DNA of 61,727 nt, counting the filler, from an uncultured virus (IMG/VR IMGVR_UViG_2061766007_002345) (Duplodnaviria > Heunggongvirae > Uroviricota > Caudoviricetes). It is 7 parts of one record of this genome, joined end to end, with 100 filler letters (N's around TTAATTAATTAA, not from the genome) between each part and the next. Parts side by side here need not be neighbours in the genome. Positions count along the whole stretch, not along the records: positions 49,161 to 61,727 come from IMGVR_UViG_2061766007_002345; 6 more parts are not named here. One strand, 5' to 3'. The notes beneath the pieces are model-generated. The model was not told the DNA's origin, did not search any database, and worked only from the letters and a program-made list of their open reading frames with translations. The translations under genes and the position numbers were made by a program. Below are positions 56,918-61,727 of this stretch, piece by piece (the stretch's first letter is position 1; each line of letters begins with the position of its first letter).

Positions 56918-59561
56918 TTAATAACTTTTATCAATAAGTTTTCTTACTTCATATCCTCCATCTTTCTCAGATTTTTCAACTCCTTCAAGAGTAAGGAATG
57001 AATCTGTTGCTGGAGTCCATTCATTATATCTTGCAGATTCTTGAAGGCTGTCAGCACTAAATGCAACAACATCTACATCTTTAAGATTATTATCATTAAT
57101 GAAATCAATACAAGTCTGAACAAGAATATCATGAAGTTCTCTTGTCTGTTCATGAGTAATCTGCTTGTTCTGCATCTCATCTAATTCACCATCATGATAA
57201 CACCAAGTACTGTACCCAAATATTTTCTTTTCCTCATCAGAAAGAGATTCATATAGCTTAATAGCATCCCTAAGATTTGCAGGATAAGAATTTACTTTCT
57301 CTTCATGTCTTCTTCTATTTTCAGCAATTCTTTTTTCTTTTTCTTCCTCAGTTTCGGTATAGTTATTTACCTTTCGTGGAAATCTTTTTCTACGATATTC
57401 CTTAGCATCATCAATTCTCTCTTTCTGAGCATCTGATGCTTCTTTAATTAATTCATCAATCTTTTTTCTATGTTCTTTACATTCAGAAGTAGATTCAAAT
57501 CTGTCATTCTCTTCATTAATCTTTTTCCAGATTGCATCTTCCTTCTCTGTTCTATCGAACATTTTATGCCAAAGTTCACTCATATGGTCCAATAATTATT
57601 ATGTGTTTTAATATAATCGTTATAAAATTTTTCTAATACTTCTCTTGGAACATTTGATGTATTAAGTGTTTTTAATAATATACCATTTCCATTTTCATCA
57701 GTTATTATAGAATTAGTTACATTGCATAATATTCTTGGATTATCCCATTCATCACCATACTGTTGAATCCTATGAACACTTCCATTATATTTAACTCCAT
57801 TCTTTACAATTGTAAAATCAATAGGAGGAAAACATTCATAAGCATATGTAGGACCATTATAAAAATGGTGAAAAATTATTTCTATCAATTCTTTTTTACT
57901 CATAATTATATAATAAATTTACCATCATAATCTAAATCAAATATATCACTAGAATCAAGTTGTTCCCCGCCAAAGTAATGGCACTTCTGAATCTGACCTG
58001 ATTCTATAGCAATTTTAGCAGCTTCTTTTCTATCAACATATCTTCCATAAGAAGTATAAAATCCTGATGTGGTTTCATCTACTTCCTTATAAAACATATG
58101 AAGAATTTCAGCGTGATGTCGTCCAATTCTACACTGATAGATATCATCTTTTTCATTTATACCTATTTTACGAACTGAACCTTTTTTACAAATAAACTCT
58201 GGTTTTACTTTATATGCTGCAGCAATTATTCTTTCCATAATTACTTTTTATTAAAATATCCATTTGGTCCATAGAACCTTTTCCAAGAATCAGACTGATC
58301 AACAGTAAGACCGCGTTCTTCAAGGGCAACAATCAATTCACACAGTTCAAGTCTCTTTGGAAATCCGGTCTTATTATCAAGTTCTTGATTAGAAAATTCT
58401 CCATTAATCCAAGATGCAGCTTTCCAACCGATATGATATTCAATAACTTCATCCGCCTTTAAACGGCCATCTTCTTTATAATCATAAATAGTAAAAGGAA
58501 ACTTATCATCGAGAATAAGATACCAATCATACTTTGTCTTTCCCTTTCTATTATATATAGGTTTAATACTAAGCTTCTCTACGATTTCATTTTTAGAAGC
58601 TCGTATTACAAGATCATGATAAGAAGTTTCTAAAATATTATTCTGTGTCGTTGCCTTAATTGTGTGCTCCATATTAAATTATATTGTTTAAATCTGTTTT
58701 ATCACTTATATGATATTTTCTAATTGGTTGAAGAAGATAATAAGGTATAGCAGTTGTTTTACTTTTACATTCTCTTTTAGCATTTTCAACTATACCTAGC
58801 CAATCAATACCTTCTTCTTTTTTAGGTTTAGGTTTAATATATGCAACCTTTATATCAGCCCATTTATTCATCTTCTTCCGACATAAATATAGCAAGTAAA
58901 ATATATACCCACCAAAACCAATCAGTAAATAANNNNNNNNNNNNNNNNNNNNNNNNNNNNNNNNNNNNNNNNNNNNNNCACCAAATAAAATCCCGTTTTT
59001 AATCTTTTTCATCTTTAAGTTTTTCTTTTATTTCTTCCCAATTAGAACATTTCTGTGCAAATCTATAAAGATGGAAATCAAACTCATCTTCATCTGCAAT
59101 CCAAGTACCAATAGTAGAATGGAACCTAAATTTCTTTCCGCAAACTGGACATTCAAATACTCCCATCTTGCCAATATTAGTTTCTGTCCAACCTATAAGT
59201 TTAGGTTTTTCAAGAGTCTTCTCTGAACTATAAAATCCTTTATGTTCAAAAAATCCGCTCTTATCACACTCAGGACAGTTAAAATCAGGAGCATATTCAA
59301 AATCCTCATACTGAGGNNNNNNNNNNNNNNNNNNNNNNNNNTTCAAATATTATTGACTTCTTTAGGAATTTCAATTAGTTTCTCTGGATGTATAGTCCAG
59401 AAGTTAATTAAAGTACTGTCGATAGTATTTACTTCTACCTTCTGGTAATAAAGAACACAATGAGGATCACTTTCTCTGACTGCCTGAATTGCACTATTCA
59501 ACCAAGTCTCATCAGTGAAAAGACCTAAAATCATTCTAGATTTGTTAACAAGTATATACAT
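56918..59561 (-). CDS. Operon of hypothetical proteins (56918-57592, 57580-57903, 57906-58238, 58241-58672, 58674-59012 membrane, 58999-59346 CxxC zinc ribbon, 59343-59561)
   Basis: Abutting or overlapping ORFs behind promoter at 59584. Confidence 0.65.
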
Positions 59562-59583
59562 TTCATTTAGTTTTTACATACTT

Positions 59584-59611
59584 AATATAGTATAAAAATC
59601 AATAAATTCAA
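59584..59611 (-). promoter_or_regulatory. Phage promoter (TTGAAT-N15-CTATATT)
   Basis: Recurrent consensus. Confidence 0.6.
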
Positions 59612-59631
59612 ATAAAAAAGAGATGAACTCA

Positions 59632-59994
59632 TTAATTCATCTCTTCAAGTTTCTGCTTCCATTGTTCTAATCGTTTCTTTGCAACTTCTTGATAAGTTTC
59701 TGATGTCCTTACTGCTATTGCAACCCCAGGAGCAGGATATGTAATTTTAAAATATGTCTCCGGAAAATCTCTTTGCATTCTTTGAGCAAACTTATTGGCA
59801 AATTGTTTTAATAAAACAGGATTTTTTGCTGTATATTCATCATCAATTAAATGAATTTGACTTCCCATTGGTTTAGTGAATAACTCTTCAATTGCTGCAT
59901 TTATTGCTCTGTATGTTTTACCTGTTGATCTTCCTTTCTTTATATTATCCTCCAACTCATCGATTCTACTTTGAATCATCTCTTTATCAGTCAT
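59632..59994 (-). CDS. Hypothetical protein (GRSTGKT P-loop-like peptide)
   Basis: 120-aa ORF. Confidence 0.55.
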   Translation of the reverse strand: MTDKEMIQSRIDELEDNIKKGRSTGKTYRAINAAIEELFTKPMGSQIHLIDDEYTAKNPVLLKQFANKFAQRMQRDFPETYFKITYPAPGVAIAVRTSETYQEVAKKRLEQWKQKLEEMN

Positions 59995-60119
59995 CTTTTA
60001 TATTCAATATTTTTTTAAGCTCATCATCAACCGGTTCATATTTTTTTAATCCACAAATCTTTAAATAGCTTTCTCTACTTATTCTTGCTCTTGAATAATC
60101 TGTAANNNNNNNNNNNNNN

Positions 60120-60348
60120 TTGAATTAAAAAAGAAAATGCCCAGTCATCATTTTGTTCACTATGTATATACTCAGAAGCATCATTTATATTATCAAACAG
60201 TTCATATATAAAATCAAAATCTGCTCTGTNNNNNNNNNNNNNNNNNNNNNNNNNNNNNNNNNNNNNNNNNNNNNNNNNNNNNNNNNNNNNNNNNNNNNNN
60301 NNNNNNNATTTTAAGCTTTTCGTTTATATAATTACTGAATGTTTTCAT
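60120..60348 (-). CDS. Leader-family protein (MKTFSNYINEKLK), gapped
   Basis: Manual translation from ATG at 60348. Confidence 0.6.
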
Positions 60349-60596
60349 ACTTTTGTTTTATGTATTCATTAAACCTGTCAAGTATAGTTTCATTTACTTC
60401 TGAATAAAGAAAATCTTCATGTATATCACTATTAATTAAATNNNNNNNNNNNNNNNNNNNNNNNNNNNNNNNNNNNNNNNNNNNNNNNNNNNNNNNNNNN
60501 NNNNNNNNNNNNNNNNNNNNNNNNNNNCTACCATTGTATATATAAGATTCTCATATGAAAAAGAACGTGAATAATTAAAATCATCAAGAATTTCTT

Positions 60597-61727
60597 TTAA
60601 ATACTTTTTATAATATTTTGCTTCGGTAATATTAAATATACNNNNNNNNNNNNNNNNNNNNNNNNNNNNNNNNNNNNNNNNNNNNNNNNNNNNNNNNNNT
60701 TATATAATGTTTCAATAAAATCGGCGGTATACTTATAATTTAAATGAATAGGTATAATAATATCATCAGGATATCTTTCCATTGTAGGAAATAATCTGTT
60801 AAACTCAGTATATGTATCACACCAATATATTTCGCAAATATCTGAATGTTCTTTAATATAATTTGTTAAATCCTCCGGTAAATCTTCTTCTTTAACATTA
60901 GCTTTAGAAAGATTCAATATAACTTTATCAGGAACATATGTTTCATATTCTACCATTGTTCTCATTAAAATATATGCAAGCTGTAAATTATTAGTATCTG
61001 ACATATATGAAACAATTATTTTATCAGATCTGGATTTATCTCTTATATAAGTTGTATTATTTAAATTAGCTTCTAATCCTTTTCTGAAATGTTCTTTAAA
61101 TGTATCAAATAATGACCATACAGTATCATTAACGCACATTAACTGTACTCTTTTTTTATTAAGGCAATCAAGAACTATGTCTACATTATCATTTATATAA
61201 TATACAGAATTATAATGTGCTTCTACATAATTTCCTCTAACTATTTCATAACAGTTAAAAAGATTCGTATTCATATTATTTTGTTGTCTTAATATGGATA
61301 ATGAAGATATAATCTGATCATGGTATAATTCATAAACAGCATCACAAGATGATTTTAAAAGTGGCCTTCCTACATGTGCAAATTCTATAAGTTTATCTTC
61401 ATAATCTCCTTCAACACCGAATTGCTTAGCATTTATTTGAAGAGAATTAAATGCATGCATTTTACATGTATGATCCCACTTATATGTAGGCAAATCATGA
61501 ATTTCAAAATCTAAACAAGGTTTACCATCTTTAAAGAATACTTCTTTTGGTAAATCATTTATAACAAACATATCATCATTGAAATATACAAACTCTTCAC
61601 TAAGATCCGGGATCCTGTGAATAAACATTTCAATAGAACATGAATTGAATAAAGGAAGAAACTCCTCTGGTATAATTTGATTATGATAAATGAATTTACA
61701 TAAAGACATATCAAATTCATCAGGTAT
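60597..61727 (-). CDS. Stealth-family sugar-phosphotransferase fused to glycosyltransferase-like C-domain (5' truncated by window)
   Basis: Stealth CR2 FNSCSIEMFIHRIPDLSEEFVYFNDDMF, CR3 HVGRP, CR4 CVND; then PDKVILNLS...LFPTMERYPDDIII. Confidence 0.8.
   Translation of the reverse strand: MPDEFDMSLCKFIYHNQIIPEEFLPLFNSCSIEMFIHRIPDLSEEFVYFNDDMFVINDLPKEVFFKDGKPCLDFEIHDLPTYKWDHTCKMHAFNSLQINAKQFGVEGDYEDKLIEFAHVGRPLLKSSCDAVYELYHDQIISSLSILRQQNNMNTNLFNCYEIVRGNYVEAHYNSVYYINDNVDIVLDCLNKKRVQLMCVNDTVWSLFDTFKEHFRKGLEANLNNTTYIRDKSRSDKIIVSYMSDTNNLQLAYILMRTMVEYETYVPDKVILNLSKANVKEEDLPEDLTNYIKEHSDICEIYWCDTYTEFNRLFPTMERYPDDIIIPIHLNYKYTADFIETLYXXXXXXXXXXXXXXXXXXXXVYLILPKQNIIKSI

Noticed and set aside
1..61727. 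Stop-codon reassignment (TAG to Gln as in Lak megaphages)
   Set aside because: Long genes (Nampt-like, TROVE, SSB, primase-helicase) read through in the standard code; breaks coincide with N gaps.

Overview
AT-rich fragment of a large T4-like (jumbo/mega) phage genome. Most genes are on the minus strand and read in the standard genetic code. The host is probably a gut Bacteroidota bacterium (inferred from SD-less starts and a lipoprotein). The window is a gappy scaffold: many N runs break frames, and six TTAATTAATTAA linkers join separate contigs. Recognisable genes include gp13/gp14-like neck proteins, a tail-lysozyme-like protein, a signal-peptide GH24 lysozyme, an amidase, dNMP kinase, NDP kinase, a primase-SF2 helicase fusion, gp32-like SSB, DnaK/DnaJ, a Glf-like mutase, a Stealth-family protein and DUF1848. 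Four things stand out. (1) A Ro60/TROVE gene is followed directly by a tRNA-shaped RNA whose anticodon loop is replaced by a 71-nt insert carrying a Y-RNA-like hairpin, and then by a nucleotidyltransferase. (2) About 21 otherwise diverse ORFs, including NDK, share an N-terminal MKxLxxYIxE(KLKIxKDS) leader resembling the T4 capsid-targeting sequence. (3) A four-enzyme NAD cluster (PncA, Prs-like, Nampt-like, NadE) extends the two-gene NARP1 layout. (4) Recurrent terminator/promoter cassettes. All calls come from motif recognition only; no searches were run.
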